Assembly: GCF_006345805.1 (NCBI RefSeq)
Contig: NC_043006.1
Coordinates: 75,330,001-75,394,000, forward strand
Source of the DNA: Octopus sinensis
Lineage: Eukaryota
DNA length: 64,000 bases
Direction: 5' to 3'
The notes beneath the pieces were generated by a model, which worked only from the letters and a program-made list of their open reading frames with translations, made no database searches and was not told the origin of the DNA. The position numbers were made by a program, and so were the translations under genes. Below are positions 12,004 through 25,584 of the stretch, in pieces (the first letter of the stretch is position 1; every line of letters begins with the position of its first letter).

Positions 12004-12939
12004 TATTTTAGGTTACTTTCCGTCGATGTCTACATGCGTTACATATACGCACATACATGCGCGTCCACAGACGCGTCCCCGCATATCTCCACTCATTTAT
12101 ACATGTGCACCGCGGGTTTCCGTACAGTATCCGTTTACGAAATCTCGCCCAGAAGGTTCTGATCAGCTGAGATTATAATGAAAGACGTTTAGTCCAAGAT
12201 GCTGCGCTTTGGGATCAAACCCATGTAGCTGAGGAGCGAAGTTTTTTTAACTATGCAACTTAGAAATAATACCTCTCCCTCTCTCTCTCTCTGTCCCTAT
12301 CTATCTATCTATCTATATATCTATCTATCTATCTATCTCCACGTCTATACATACGTGCATACGTGTTTGCATATCCTTTTTTTTTAATCTTTCAGTTGTT
12401 TCTGTTATTAGACATGCGGCCATACTATAGCACCACCCTGAAAGAATTTTAGCCGAACGAATCGACCCTATACTAACGATGTCTTTTGCCGAACCTCTTA
12501 GCTCCGGGAATGTAAACACACCAATACCGGTTGACAATGGATGGTGGTGGACACTCACACACACACACACACATACACACACTGGTCTCCTTTCGGTTTC
12601 TGCGTACCAAATCCGCTCACAAGGCCCGGACAGAAAGACTGAACCCGAAACCACGTGGTTGAGAAGCAAGCTTCTTACCACACAGCCAGGCCTAGCTGAG
12701 CGTTTGAGAATTTCGCTCCGTAATAACGACGTCCCGGATTCGATCCCACTTCCTGGCGCCTTGGGCAAAATCAAATTACGAATAAATTTGAAATCTGAAC
12801 GCGTAATTCAAAAGTTGAACTCTTTTCACATGCTGTGTCCCAGTAATTCTACGATTTCTACTCGAGAACTGCGTTAAGGCTGCACACGGTCTGTGGAACA
12901 TTCAGCCACTTCGCAAGCTAAGCCATCGAGTAGGTTAGT

Positions 12940-13153
12940 ACGTTTAATCGAACAACAAACAGAAAACCAATCCATTTGTGCGCTCGACGTGAGAAATCAT
13001 AATCGACGATTCGCTGCCGCCTGTTATCTCCGTGTATGATTTTCACTAAACTTTCTCATATTTTATCGAAATCCACTGAACCTCCGGAAGAAACTTCCCT
13101 TCCCACGACGGACTACATCAACTCTTGTGAATTTCAGGGTGTGTGTGTATAGA

Positions 13154-13210
<57 letters not shown>

Positions 13211-14609
13211 TGTGTGTGTGTGTATGTTGGTCCGTTTTCGTTGACAACGTGAATTCTCAGGATATTCAGTAGTGTTAATTGAGGCTTCATTAATTATAGT
13301 ATTTTTAAGTATAGTATTTTCTTTGTGTGTCTGTGTGTGTGGGGGGATATTATTTTATTTATTTATACATTTCACCCCCTCCTTTGCTGTTGATATTTAA
13401 ATCGTGTTTTATAAGAGAGTGAGTAAGTAATAGTGTTTAGTTGGGTTTTTTTTTATTTTATTTTATTTTATTTTTTTTGTCATATAAATAAATGAAAACA
13501 CTCAAATTAGGGCTCTTGTCGCTTCGGTTCTTTATACCAAGTGTACCAATTCTAGTTTTGGTGTGTCGATATTAATTATGTAAGCCACAACAACATACAC
13601 ACGTGAAAAAAAAATAAAGGAAAAGGAAAAAAAAAAGTGACAAGTCAGGAAGAAAAATTCAGGAAAGCCTTCTTCTTCTTCTCTTCTCCTTCTTCTTCTT
13701 CTCCTTCTTCTCCTCCTCCTTCTTTTTCTTTTTCTTATTCTCCTCCTCCTTCTTCTCTCCTCCTCCTCCTCCTCCTCCTCCTCCTTCTTCTTCTTCTTCT
13801 TCTTCTTCTTCTTCACGCACACGCGAATGATGGTAGTAGGAGGAGCGTTGTGGTGCGCGCGCTGTAAAATTTCCCCCCCACAGTAATCGCACCTGGAGGC
13901 GGAGATTCGGAAAAAAAGTTCTGCCTTAATTCTATTTACCATTTCCTCTCACAACCTCATCTCCCCCCGTTTTTTTTTTCCTTCCTTCTTCAAGGCAAAA
14001 ATACAGTATGTATATGAAAGAGACTATTAGATTAGCACTATTCAATGTTATTTAATAATAATAATAATAATAACAACAACAATAATTAAGTCACTCTGTA
14101 TAATTTTTAATAGGTTTCTCTATTAAACTTCCTCTTTTCAGAATAATATCATCGCTGGGTTTTCAATTGTTATTACCTTTCTTTTAATTTTCTTGTTACC
14201 TGGCTGGCAGTTGTCCTCCTACTCATTGCTGTTTGTTTTTTTCCTTTCAACACACGGCTACTGCTATCACTTCTATCATCAACACCGCCACCATCGGATT
14301 GTCCATGCTGCTTTTGATGTTGTTGTTGTTGTCGCTTATTTTCGCTGTCACATTTTCTTCTACTTTCATTGTCTCCGGATGTCGTTGAGTAAGCGAAATA
14401 GCCTGCCTACATTATTCACATATATTGATATCATATATATCCATTAGAACCTACCAGCGATATAACTTTACTCTCTGAAATCCGAACGTTCCTTTCTTCC
14501 TACGTTTAATTTTTTTTCTCTCACTCTCTCTCTCTCGTGTGGAAGGAAGCTCGAACAGTTTACGGATAAGCCTACTATTTAGTATTATTTGATCTTCTAT
14601 TGAATAAAA
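12940..14609 (+). promoter_or_regulatory. Probable promoter / 5' UTR region of the NKCC-like gene
   Basis: Mostly TE-free sequence with CpG-retaining patches directly upstream of the ATG, including a long (CTT/CCT)n pyrimidine tract at 13670-13815. TSS not determinable. Confidence 0.35.
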
Positions 14610-15488
14610 ATGGAGCCGTATCGCGATTGTTATCTTCGTAGTGTCAACACCTCCGACAACATTAACTCGCCACCTAATCACTTCACAGGCATTCACAGGG
14701 ACAGAGATTCTTCTGCGCGTACAAACGACACCACCGCACCTGCATATTCATCGAATTTTGATCGGAACCAGACCAACTTTGAAAACGGGATGGCTTCGAC
14801 GAAGCCCTACTGTAATAATAGTAGCAGTAACGAACACGAAGCTGCCGAAAAGTACGAGATGGAAACGGTGTACGGAAAACAACGTTTCAGAATCGCGCGT
14901 GTTGATTCAGTTAAAGCGAGACAGTTTTCAACGGACAGCTACGACGGAAGGGATCGATACGCTGAGAAGAGTGTTCATTCACCGGACAACTTCGATACGT
15001 GTGTCCGTCATAACCCGCCGACAACTATTCCAGTTATGTCGCCTAACGAACGTTCGGAACCGACCCCGTTTCACAAAACCAACGAAGCGGAGGGGCAGTT
15101 TTCTGGTGTTCCCTGCCAGTCTCCTCCGCATCGTACCAGCCACGACGACAACGCTGCACAGGCCGAAGTTGCGCATCGGAAGTCCGCTCGTGCCCCTCTC
15201 TCCAGGACCCAGTCTTTGAACTCGCCTTCGCCGACGTTGGGTCGCCAATGCCGACAGTCTGGCCGGTACGATAGCCGAGGTGATATGGACACCGAATCTA
15301 TTACCGGGGTGGCGAACGGACACCCTATTCTTACCGCGAAAGAAAGCTACTCGACTTTCGGACAGAACACCGTTGAAGCCCTTCCTCGTTTGGATCATTT
15401 TTTCTTGGAACCCTTTCCCGAGGGTTACGAGAATCGCTCACGGCGACCTACTTTAGCCGAATTACATGACATAATGGAGGAGAATAAG
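14610..15488 (+). CDS. SLC12A2: First coding exon (293 aa, phase-0 end) of an NKCC/NCC-clade SLC12 cation-chloride cotransporter, cytoplasmic N-terminal regulatory domain
   Basis: ATG in AAAAATGG context with an in-frame TGA 9 nt upstream. Translation contains RFRI (aa 92-95, RFx[V/I] SPAK/OSR1-docking type), YSTFGQNTVEALPRLDHF (cf. vertebrate NKCC1 YLRTFGHNTMDAVPRIDHY) and RRPTLAELHD (cf. RPSLAELHD). Homology stops at AAG|GTAAGG (15488/15489). The symbol denotes the closest familiar homologue; strict orthology versus SLC12A1/SLC12A3 cannot be decided from this exon. Confidence 0.9.
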
Positions 15489-16240
15489 GTAAGGTCTTTC
15501 GGTGGTTACCATTTTTATTCTTTACTGTTGGATCACGATGTGTCATCAGACAGACGTGAATGTGTCAGAGAAAAAACTCACTTCTGCATGTTGCTATTTA
15601 ACTCTACATCAACCCTGATTGAACAGAACTTATGAAGAGAGACGTTCCCGCCATGACTAACGCATTTTATTTTATTGATATAATAAATGTGGACTATATT
15701 GTTCATACAGCTCGTTTCTTCTTTTTTTTTTTCTTCAAAAGAAAAAAAAAATGGTTGGAAAATTTTGTCTTTATTTCTAGCACGTTGAGCGACCACGTAT
15801 AGGCTCTGCCATTGGTTCTATCATTATTTGTTAGTTCATATCGTAGAACTTATTTTAAAGTATTCCTTGGAGTTTGTAGCAGTAGCTCAGACGTTTTGCC
15901 ACCACAGTTTACTAAAAACGAAGTTTAAAGATATGAGTTTTAGATAAAATAAAATTTGAAATGAAGGCAACATGTAAAATGTAAATAAAGAATAAAGTAT
16001 AAATAATTATTTGTAAATTAAAATATATGTAAATATAACATAGAGTTTAAAATTAACTAGAAAGTGTAAATAGGATATGCAAATAAGATATGAAATTTTA
16101 ATTAAACTAAATGTAGTGTTAATTATGTATATACGTGTGTGTGTGTGTGTAATGTGTAAGTTAAAATATGGAATGCAAATATAATTTTGGGTTAGGAATT
16201 TTAAAATGTGTCATTAGTTAAATACGAAATGTAAATTTTA

Positions 16241-16636
16241 GGAGTGGCTGTGTTGTAAGTAGCTTGCTTACCAACCCCATGGTTCTGGGTTCAGTCCCAC
16301 TGCGTGGCACTTTGGCCAAGTATCTTCTACTATAGCCTCAGGCCGACCAAAGCCTTGTGAGTGGATTTGGTAGATGGAAACTGAAAGAAGCCTGTCGTGT
16401 ATATGTGTATATATATATATATATGTGTGTGTATGTGTCTGTGTTTGTCCCACCCAACATCGCTTGACAACCGATGCTGGTCTGTTTACATTACCCGTAA
16501 CTTAGCTGTTCGGTAAAAAGAAACCGATAGAATAAGTACTAGGCTTACAAAGAATAAGTCCCGGGGTCGATTTGCTCGACTAAAGGCGGTGCTCCAGCAT
16601 GGCCGCAGTCAAATGACTGAAACAAGTAAAAAGAGT
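16241..16636 (+). mobile_element. tRNA-derived SINE family B with central (TA/TG)n (representative copy)
   Basis: ggagtggctgtgttgtaagtagcttgcttaccaacc..ggttc..ggttcagtcccactgcgtggcac..tggccaagt...; recurs at about 4110-4235(-), 12400-12690(-), 17540-17965(+), 18045-18670(+), 22310-23040(+), 24165-24330(+), 38270-38570(-), 40690-40850(-), 41680-42035(-), 46270-46640(-), 54377-54795(+), 58990-59140(-). Confidence 0.85.
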
Positions 16637-19600
16637 AATGATTTAGTGAAAATAGTTTTTGTCTTTTTCTTTAAACAATTAGTGATTGTGATTATAAAAA
16701 TGTTTTTAATTACAAGTCATCAGGTATACCCAGTAACTAAATCTAAAATGGATGCTGACAAAAACAGTGATGATTATAACGTTAATAGCAAAATGGTTTT
16801 CAGGACATTTAACTTCATCTTAGGAGATAACTTGTTTTACACACACACACACACACACACCTCATTACAATTAGTTTGATCTCCAAGTGTCTTATTTCAC
16901 TAGTTAACTTTAAGCTCAAGATCCATTCTTATTTGTCTTGATTTTCCAAAATTTTTGGCTGATATTATCATAGTTATCTCTCTTTTTTTTTTGATATTTT
17001 AAACAAAACCTCTAGAGAGAGTTTTTATATACTAATTGCATAGATAATCTCAATTAACTGAAGTTTTTCAACTTCTTTTATTACTGCATATGCATACATT
17101 CCTCTTGAAATATTTTGTCCTTACCCTTATTATGCATATTAAAAAAAATAATAAATGCGCCCTTTTAAAGTCTAGCCAGGGTCATGGGCCCAGTTTCCCA
17201 GTTTCTATGGCGTATGTGTTCCCCAGCTGGACAGGACGCCAGTCCATTGCAGCGTTACTCATTTTTGCCAGCTGAGTGGACTGGGGCAACGTGAAATGAA
17301 GTGCTTTGCTCAAGAACACAACGCGTCACCCGGTCCAGGAATCGAAACCACAATTTTACGATCATGGTGCTGACACCCTAACCACTAAACCACGTGCCTC
17401 CACCTGATGCATATTACCAAACTCATAACTTTTATTTCTAGACAAATGGTCATAATAGTCACATTTATTTAAAAGAAACCAGGTTTAATTAATCTGGAAA
17501 ATCATAATATGTTAATTAAAAAAAAAAAAACCCAGCCAACAGGTGCAGCTGTGTGATAAAAAGTTTGCTTCCCTGTCACCTGGTTCCGGGTTCAGTCCCA
17601 CCGTTTGGCACTGAGGGCAAGTGTCTTCTAGTTTAGCCTTGGGTTGTCCTAAACCCTGTGAGTGGGTTTCGTAGACAGAAATTGAAAGGAGCCTGTTGTA
17701 TGTGAATATATAAATATGTGAGTGTGTGTGTGTGTGTGTGAGTGTGTGTGTCTTTGTGTCTTTGTGTCTGTGTTTGTTTCCCGCCACACACTGCTTGACA
17801 ACCAGTGTTTGTATGTTTACATCTCTATAACTCAGCAGTTGGGCAAAAGAGATTGATAGAATTAGTATCAGGCTTAGAAAAAAAAAATACAAGAACTGGG
17901 GTTGATTTGTTCAACTAAAATTCTTCAGCGTGGCTGCAATCTAATGACTGGAACAAGTAAAAGATAGAAAAGAAAAGAAAACAAACCAATTTCAGACATT
18001 TAGACATTTTACTGTTATTGGTGTAAATAATTTGTGTACGTAGGCTCAGGAGTGGCTGTGTGGTAAGTAGCTTGCTAATCAACCACATCGTTCCAGGTTT
18101 AGTCCTACTTGGGCAAGTGTTTTCTACTATAGCTTCGGGCCGACCAAAGCCTTGTGAGTAGATTTGGTAGACGGAAACTGAAAGAAGCCTGTTGTGTGTA
18201 TATATATATATATATATATCATCATCATCATTGTTTAAAGTACGTTTTCCATGCTAGCGTGGGTTGGACGGTTTGACCGGGGTCTGGGAAGCCATGAGGC
18301 TGCACCAGGCTTCAGTCTGATCTGGCAGTGTGTCTACAGCTGGATGCTCTTTCTAATGCCTACCACTCCGTGAGTGTAGTGGGTGCTTTTTACGTGCCAC
18401 TGGCACAGGTGCCAGGGTAGTTTGGCAACGGCCACAATATATATATATGTGTGTGTGTGTATGTATATGTTTGTGTGTGTGTGTGTGTGTGTCCCAACAT
18501 CGCTTGACATCGATGCTGGTGTGTTTACGTCCCCATAACTTAGCGGTTCGGCATAAGAGACTGATTAGAATAAGTACTAGGCTTACAAAGAATAAGTCCT
18601 GGGGTCGATTTGCTTGACTAAAGGCGGTGCTCCAGCATGGCCACAGTCAAAATGTCTGAAACAAATAAAAGAATTTAAAGAATATTAAATGATGATCGTA
18701 TTTGCTCCGGCGTGTGATTCATATCGCTAGTAAGTGATTTTGTTCTGAGGCTGAAGGCATGTGATACGAATGGTTGATGAGTAATATTTCAAGGTACAAC
18801 ATAGGAGGAATGGCAAAAGAGAACGAGTGGTTTTAGGATTTCAGGTGATATAGGATTACAATATCAGGGATGATATGCATGTATTTACAAACCTGCCCAA
18901 CCTACACTCCTATTGCTAAATGATAGGTATAGATGTTAAAATGTTGGTGATATAGAAGTAGCTATGGTGTTGAACCATGAAATATTATAAGGATATTATT
19001 GTTCAATGTTGCTTTTGCTGTTGTTTAGCATGAGGTCAGTGCTATGAAGGATCCCTATATTTGAAGGAATTTCTGCTGTGACAATCCCATCCTCTTCCCA
19101 TGTGAAGGGAATCTACAGCCATCTCCTTATTTGATGTGTCCTTTACTCAGAATGGTAGATTGTTATTTGAAGGATATTTAGTTGCTATTTCTAGCAAATA
19201 GAGTGTCCATGTAAAGACTTTCGGATTGGCTCTGTTGGTTCAGATTGTATAGCATATGGTAGGGTGTGATTTGAGGGATATTTGGTTGCTATTTTTAACA
19301 GATTGAATGATGATGTTGGGGCTTCCTCGCTGACTCAGATATTTTAGTGTAGCATAGGGTAGTGTTCTTTTTTTAACCCCAAGTCTTATTGTTCAAACAG
19401 GCTTATAATCTAAGACATTCCCACCTTGGCCATCCCATCCTTTTACTATGCGTTACAAACACAGGACCTCATTAGTCAATGAGTGCATGCTTTTGTTTTT
19501 TGAGAGATTGTTTGGCTGCTGTTTCTAATAGATCAAGCGACCACATGCAGGCTTCCTCATTGGCTTACATCATGTAATATGGTGCAGTGTTCTTGGTGTT

Positions 19601-21608
19601 GTTTAGATCCATGTTGGCCCTGAATGAGCAGATCAAAGCTTTGGTAGGCCCGAAGCTATAGTAGAAGAAGAAACTTGCCCAAGGTGCCATGCATATTTAC
19701 TTTGCATTTGGAAGATTCCCAAATACATGAGTCCCCTTAGTTTGTGCCACACTGGGCAGTTTGTTCAGTTTGCCAGTACCTTCAGTTGGCTCTGTGCTGC
19801 TGAAAGAAAAGACAAGCTCTTGTCAATTAAACTGTGTTTCAATCACTTACAGACATGAATAGGTATCATAAAATAACTTTGTTATTATTATGCTGGTGTC
19901 TGGAACATAAATAGACTTGAAATTTTGCTGTGCAATTTTAAAATTTAGATTGCTTTAAAACAGGAATTTTGTATCATAAACCCAGAGGCATTCTCGACTG
20001 GGCTGGTGTCAACAGGGTTAAAATGTTGTCTAGATAAGTGTGAGAGATAGTGAGCCGAGGTTGCACTTTGCTTTGGACATAAGGGAATTTGTTTTGTTTT
20101 TTTGCAAGAATGTGAGAAAAGAGAAAGTGTCAGACGTGTTACTTTCCAAGGTCTTTGATTCTTGTGGATGAGCTGATTGCTTGTGGTTTGCCATGACAAC
20201 TTGAAAGCTTATCAAGCCATACATTTAGATGCGAGGTCAAAGAAATGTAAGAAGCTGTATCCTTAATCCATTTCAACCCAGGTTAACCCTGTTGAAATTT
20301 TGAAGATAGTTATATAAATTGGGATAACAAAAATATGGAACTGTTCAGTTAACCTTTATTGCAGTAAACAAACTGAATACAACTGTCCTCAAATGAGGAC
20401 GTTTTGTTAAAATTGGTAAAGAAATTTAATTGATATGAGTACGTTATGATTGGTAAACGTTAAAGTTTTTGAAGCTGTGACCTACCTCACTGACAGGGGT
20501 GTATATTCTGGGTGGGCTAGGTATGCATTGCACTCCCATCAGAAATGGTAAATTCTTTATAAATATTAACCATACTCAATAATTTAATTATAAATCATAA
20601 TGGAAAACTTTTGTTATATCCCTGCTTGAAATGAAATTTGGTGGCACTGGGTGTGACAGCACACCCCAAAACAACCACCATACACCACGGGGCATTTTAT
20701 TAAGCTTAGCTATAGGGGGCTATTCTTATTTTAGCATTTGTCTTTTTTTTTTTTTTTTTTTGGTAACGTGGCCCATCTGGGCATTTGGCAAGACTCAGGA
20801 CCAAGATCTTAAGGATCTGAAAAGGCAAACCTATGTCCCTTCCTGTCAATCAACTGCAGTATGTAAGCTGATCTGAGACCTTCAGTGTGTTTCATCAACC
20901 AACTTCACTGCTCTGCTTTCAACACTTCAGAACCCTTTATTGCATATTTTACTTTGCTTTTATTTCCTCTTGTTCTAAGAAAGGTCCAATGTTGTAGGAA
21001 TTGATTGGTGGGCCAAATGATGTGTCTAAGCTAGTTGATGTGGTGACTGCATGTTTTTTCTAAACATAAATCTATTCTGATTTTATTTTGGAGACAAAAG
21101 TCATTGCTGCTAATTCCTTAGTTTTTTTTACAGAGCTATTTACTCCCCATTCTTATTCTCTTTTGCTTACTGGCATTTACGTAGATTGCAGATTCATGGT
21201 CTGGTGGTTAGGGTATTAAAATTATGATCATAAAGTCGGGATTTCAATTCCTTGACTAGGGTGCACAGTGTTTTCTTGAGCAAACTCTTTATTTCACATT
21301 GTTTCAGTTCACTCAGCTGGAAAATAAATATCGATAACAATTGGAACTGAACAGCCTCTCATTTAATGTAAAGTATTGTACTCTTGGGTTGCCTGTTCTA
21401 TAGAATCTAGTTTAATGGTTCTGTAGGATCACAACAGACCAAAAGATCCTAAGAAAAGTAGTGTTTAGCCCTTTCATAATTATATTCTAATTAGTAAACT
21501 GTCTAAATATTTCAGTTAATTTTCATTACAATTAACGTTTTTAGCATTTGTTTAAATGCCATAGAAGTTGAGTTGGATGAAATAGTGACAGATATCTTTA
21601 TGCTAATA

Positions 21609-21831
21609 CAATAATGCCTCGACTATTGTGGGTATTACATTCCAAAACCAGCCCCTACGATATGTAAAAATCCGTGAAGTAGAAACAGTACTGTACTGTA
21701 TATTTAAAAAAATCATTTTTGTAATTTATATATATTTATTTTATTATAAAAGCAAAGCAACACCACAGAGGAATTGACATAAGCTTAAATAATAAACTGC
21801 GATAGGTGAACCACAGTAGGTGGTATTATTG
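21609..21831. mobile_element. Tc1/mariner-pogo (Tigger-like) MITE
   Basis: TA|caataatgcctcgactattgtgg ... ccacagtaggtggtattattg|TA: imperfect TIRs with TA TSD. Confidence 0.7.
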
Positions 21832-21959
21832 TAATTAATTTTACCTCTCCAATATACTGAGTTCAAATTTCACCTACTTCAACTTTCTATATATATATAT
21901 ATATATATATTATCTATCATTCTACTGGAGTTGATAAATATGTACCAGTAATACATTAA

Positions 21960-22147
21960 CCGTTAAACATTTAAACTGGCCATATCCAGCCAAAATATTC
22001 TACCTGTTTCTACCTCTCACACCAACCCCACTATATCAGCCTAAAAGTTAAGTTACCTCATCAAAACCACCAAGCTATGAGATAATGCAGGATTAATCCA
22101 AAGCAATGTGAATAAATATTTAACAGAATAATGTGAACGCTAAAGGG
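21960..22147. mobile_element. piggyBac-type MITE
   Basis: TTAA|ccgttaaacatt ... aacgctaaaggg|TTAA; degenerate TIRs. A related end fragment lies near 62900-62940. Confidence 0.5.
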
Positions 22148-22563
22148 TTAAAGGTGAATTCAAGTGAGGGCTTTGTCTTACTCTACACAGTCCGGTCTGG
22201 GAATTTAACTCACTACCTCATGATTGCGTGCCCGACGCTCTAACCGCTGAGCCATGTGTCTTCATCTTACTTTAAATACATCAACTATAATTCTATTGAA
22301 TTGATTTTCAGTTCATGTGGATGTGGGTTCAGTCCCACTGTGTGGCTTCTTGCACAAGTGTCTTCTACAATAGCTCTTTGCTGACCAGTACCATGCAAGT
22401 GAATTTACCAAATGAAAACTGTGTGAAAGCCTGTTTTATATATGTTTGATATGCGTTTATTGTTTTGTGTGTTCCCACTTTGCACTGATTAACAACCAAC
22501 CAGAGTTGGTTAGTTTATATCCCCTTAACTTAGCAGTTCAACCAAAGGGATGATACAATAAGT

Positions 22564-22920
22564 GGATCTTTTCGGTTTGAACGGCTTTTTAACATAATTT
22601 CTATGTAACTAAAAAATTTTAAACTTCGTATACTGGTAGAATGTGTTTATAAAACATCTTTTACTCTTGGCTTTATTGAGAAAATTCTATAGTTTGTAAG
22701 ATATTTGTTGTTTGCTTTCTTCAATTTCTGCAATTTCAACCAATCAATGACATCCATTGAGGTAAAAAACATTCTGTGCCGTATGAATATGTCCCTCGTT
22801 TAAGAAACGCTAACCCTAAAACAGATTGAAATGCAATAGATCAATACTAGGGTCATAATTATGGGTGGCAATTTCATATGACACCGCTAGAAAAAACTGC
22901 CGTTCAAACTGCAGAGATCC
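22564..22920. mobile_element. MITE with GG...CC termini and perfect 8-bp TSD (Merlin-like), nested in a SINE B
   Basis: caataagt|GGATCTTTTCGGTTTGAACGGC ... GCCGTTCAAACTGCAGAGATCC|caataagt. Confidence 0.8.
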
Positions 22921-23301
22921 CAATAAGTACCAGACTTCAGTGAGAAAAAAAAAATAAAGTACTGAGATTGATTTGTTTGACTAAACTCTTCAAGGTGTTG
23001 CTCCAGCATGGCCGCAATCCAATGACTGAAGCAAAAAATAAACAGTAATGTTGTTAGACCCCGATATTGTTTTTTAATAAAAGAATGAAGAGCACACCTT
23101 TTAGAGGACACTATGGTTAACTTATATCAACCTCATTACATAACTGGTACTTCATCTTACATTATTGATGCTGGAAGAATGACAGGCAGAATGGAACTTC
23201 GAAGGATTTTCATTTGTTATAATATCGATATTGCTACAAGGCAAGATGGGAACTAAGATAATTCCTCCTGTATAACAATGCAAAAAGTACTTTAGAATAG
23301 A

Positions 23302-23598
23302 CTAGCAGTATCGCCCGGCGTTGCTCGGGTTTGTAAGGGAAATAACTATATAAGCATTTTTAGGGAGTTATAGCCAAAAGATAGCAAAAAAATGCATTAA
23401 AAATGGAAAACAAATGATGGTAAATTTTTTTTTAAATCGTAGACTCATCGTAGACGCGCGCTAATACCCAGAAGGGCTCGATATGAATCACGACTATAAG
23501 ATACCCGGTTTTGGTTAAACTGCACCGCAAAATGTGAGAGTAGTTAGGAATCTAAATCGTGGGAGACAGACACACAACTTCTCTTTTATATATAAAGA
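23302..23598 (-). mobile_element. Non-autonomous Helitron, same family as 10193-10579
   Basis: Reverse complement starts a|TCtttatatataaaag and ends cccgagcaacgccgggcgatactgCTAG|t; highly similar to the 10.2-kb copy. Confidence 0.9.
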
Positions 23599-23809
23599 TT
23601 TATTAGAATTACATACATACATTCAGAAATCTCTTATAATTTCAACTCAAAAATAATTTCCAATAAAAAGAGAGAGAAACAGAGATTTAAGCAGCCTAAA
23701 TTCTTAGAATATCATATAAAATGTTAAAAATGCTTATTCATGTAAATTTTTTCCTCATACATTTCAAGTAATGATAGACTTAAAAGTGTTATCTGCCTGG
23801 AAGCATTGT

Positions 23810-23840
<31 letters not shown>

Positions 23841-24366
23841 GTAATTTTTCATATTAAATTGAATATTTTAAGCATGGTTATTTAGAATTATTGCTAAATT
23901 TCCAATATGATCTCCATCAAAAATATCTAGCTTACTGACAGTATTTTTTCTATGTGACACATGAATTAATTTTTCCCCAGAGCTTTTTGCAAAGGAAATC
24001 AATAGCAGATTTGTTGTGCTTTGCATTAGTGAAGTCGTTGCATATTTAAGCCTTGAGCTGAAATTCCTTGCTCTGCAGTGTTCCCTGAACCTGATTACTT
24101 GAATAAAATCTATGTAATCTTTCAAAAGCCGCATGTATTTTGAGCACTAATTTTACAGCTAGGAACAGGCATAGCTGTATGGTTTAAAAGCTTGCTTCCT
24201 GGCCATGTGGTTTTGGGATTTAGTTCCACTGCACAGCACCTTGGGCAAGTGTCTTCTATTGTAGCTCTGGCCCAACCAAAGCTTTGCGAGTGGATTTGCT
24301 AGATGGAAACTGAAAGAAGCCTATTTTGTGTGTGTGTGTGTGCATACATATACATACATATATATA

Positions 24367-24403
<37 letters not shown>

Positions 24404-24406
<3 letters not shown>

Positions 24407-24528
24407 TTATGATTTAGGGTATCTAAGAGATAGCAGCCAAAATCTGACTCTAAAACCACATTAAATGTCAAGTTTTGGCTGCTATTTCCAGCATAGTGGT
24501 ATCTCTTAGATACCCTAAATTATAATTT
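24404..24528. repeat. Small fold-back repeat beside (TA)n
   Basis: atttagggtatctaagagata ... tatctcttagataccctaaat, with an inner tagcagccaaaa/ttttggctgcta pair. Confidence 0.75.
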
Positions 24529-24801
24529 TAATAATAATTATTACCTTTGAAGGGTTTATTCCCATGCTGGCCACCTGATAAGAGTTGTTTCTTACAGTAG
24601 AAGAAATAGCTAGGTTCTTTGGCTGCTATTTCTAAAGTTTGGTGTGTGGTGAAGCAAATTTTTTGCCTAACCCTAATTTTAATTATACTCATAATTATAA
24701 TAAATATTGTTTAAGTTTACCGTTAGTGGTCTTTTTAACATACCGAATAGTACTTGGTGAAATTATTAATTATAAATTAATTAATTAATTTTACCCTTTA
24801 T

Positions 24802-24834
<33 letters not shown>

Positions 24835-25125
24835 GTATGTGTGTGTATATGTTTGTCTACCCCAACATTGCTTGACAACTGATGGTGTGTTTACGTCCCC
24901 GTAAATTAGCAGTTCAGCAAAAAAAGCCAATATGTTAAGTACTAGGCTTACAAAGAATAAGTCTTGGGGTCGATTTGTTTGACTAAAGACGGTGCTCCAG
25001 TATGGTCGCACTGAAATGACTGAAACAAGTAAAAGAGTAGAATATTATCCAACATTAAAAACAGCAAGGTGTGTAATTTGAAGGGGATTTGGTTGCTATA
25101 TCGATGGCCAAACAACTCTATAGAG

Positions 25126-25460
25126 CAGTGGTTCTCAACCATTTTTTTTTTACCTATGGACCCTTCTGATCCCTATTTTACTCAGGTGGACCCTCATAGC
25201 AATTCAGTATTAAAAAAAAAAACATCTATATTTTTACAATTAAATATTATTAGCAATTGTATTTAAAAAATTGTTAAAGTATTTTGTGTACTATAAAAAT
25301 ATAGCCAATTTATTGTATGTAATTTTTAACGAAATATCTTACATGAACCTCCAAGGATTATATAGGCCCCTATGGTCATATGGACACACAAGGATCATAT
25401 GGACCCCCATAGGTCATATGGTCCCCCAAAGGTCATATGAACTCCAGTTGAGAACAACTG
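25126..25460. mobile_element. hAT (Charlie-like) MITE
   Basis: ctatagag|CAGTGGTTCTCAACC ... GTTGAGAACAACTG|gtatagaa; 6/8 TSD match of NTMTAGAN type. Confidence 0.8.
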
Positions 25461-25584
25461 GTATAGAAGCTCTATGACTAACTGGTTAGCTTTGAATTAA
25501 CTTCCAAAAGATCAGCTTCTTAGAGAGATGTAATAATTTTGTTATTCTATAGAGGCTGTGATTACTTTTGATAGTGTAGCTACT

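Noticed and set aside
15489-15635. C-terminal 48 aa of the 341-aa ORF (VRSFGGYHF...)
   Set aside because: Read-through past a consensus GTAAG donor; no SLC12 similarity.
20631-20876. ORF starting MKFGG as a possible KFGW exon 2
   Set aside because: No W-x-x-GV continuation; the ORF runs through a poly-T tract.
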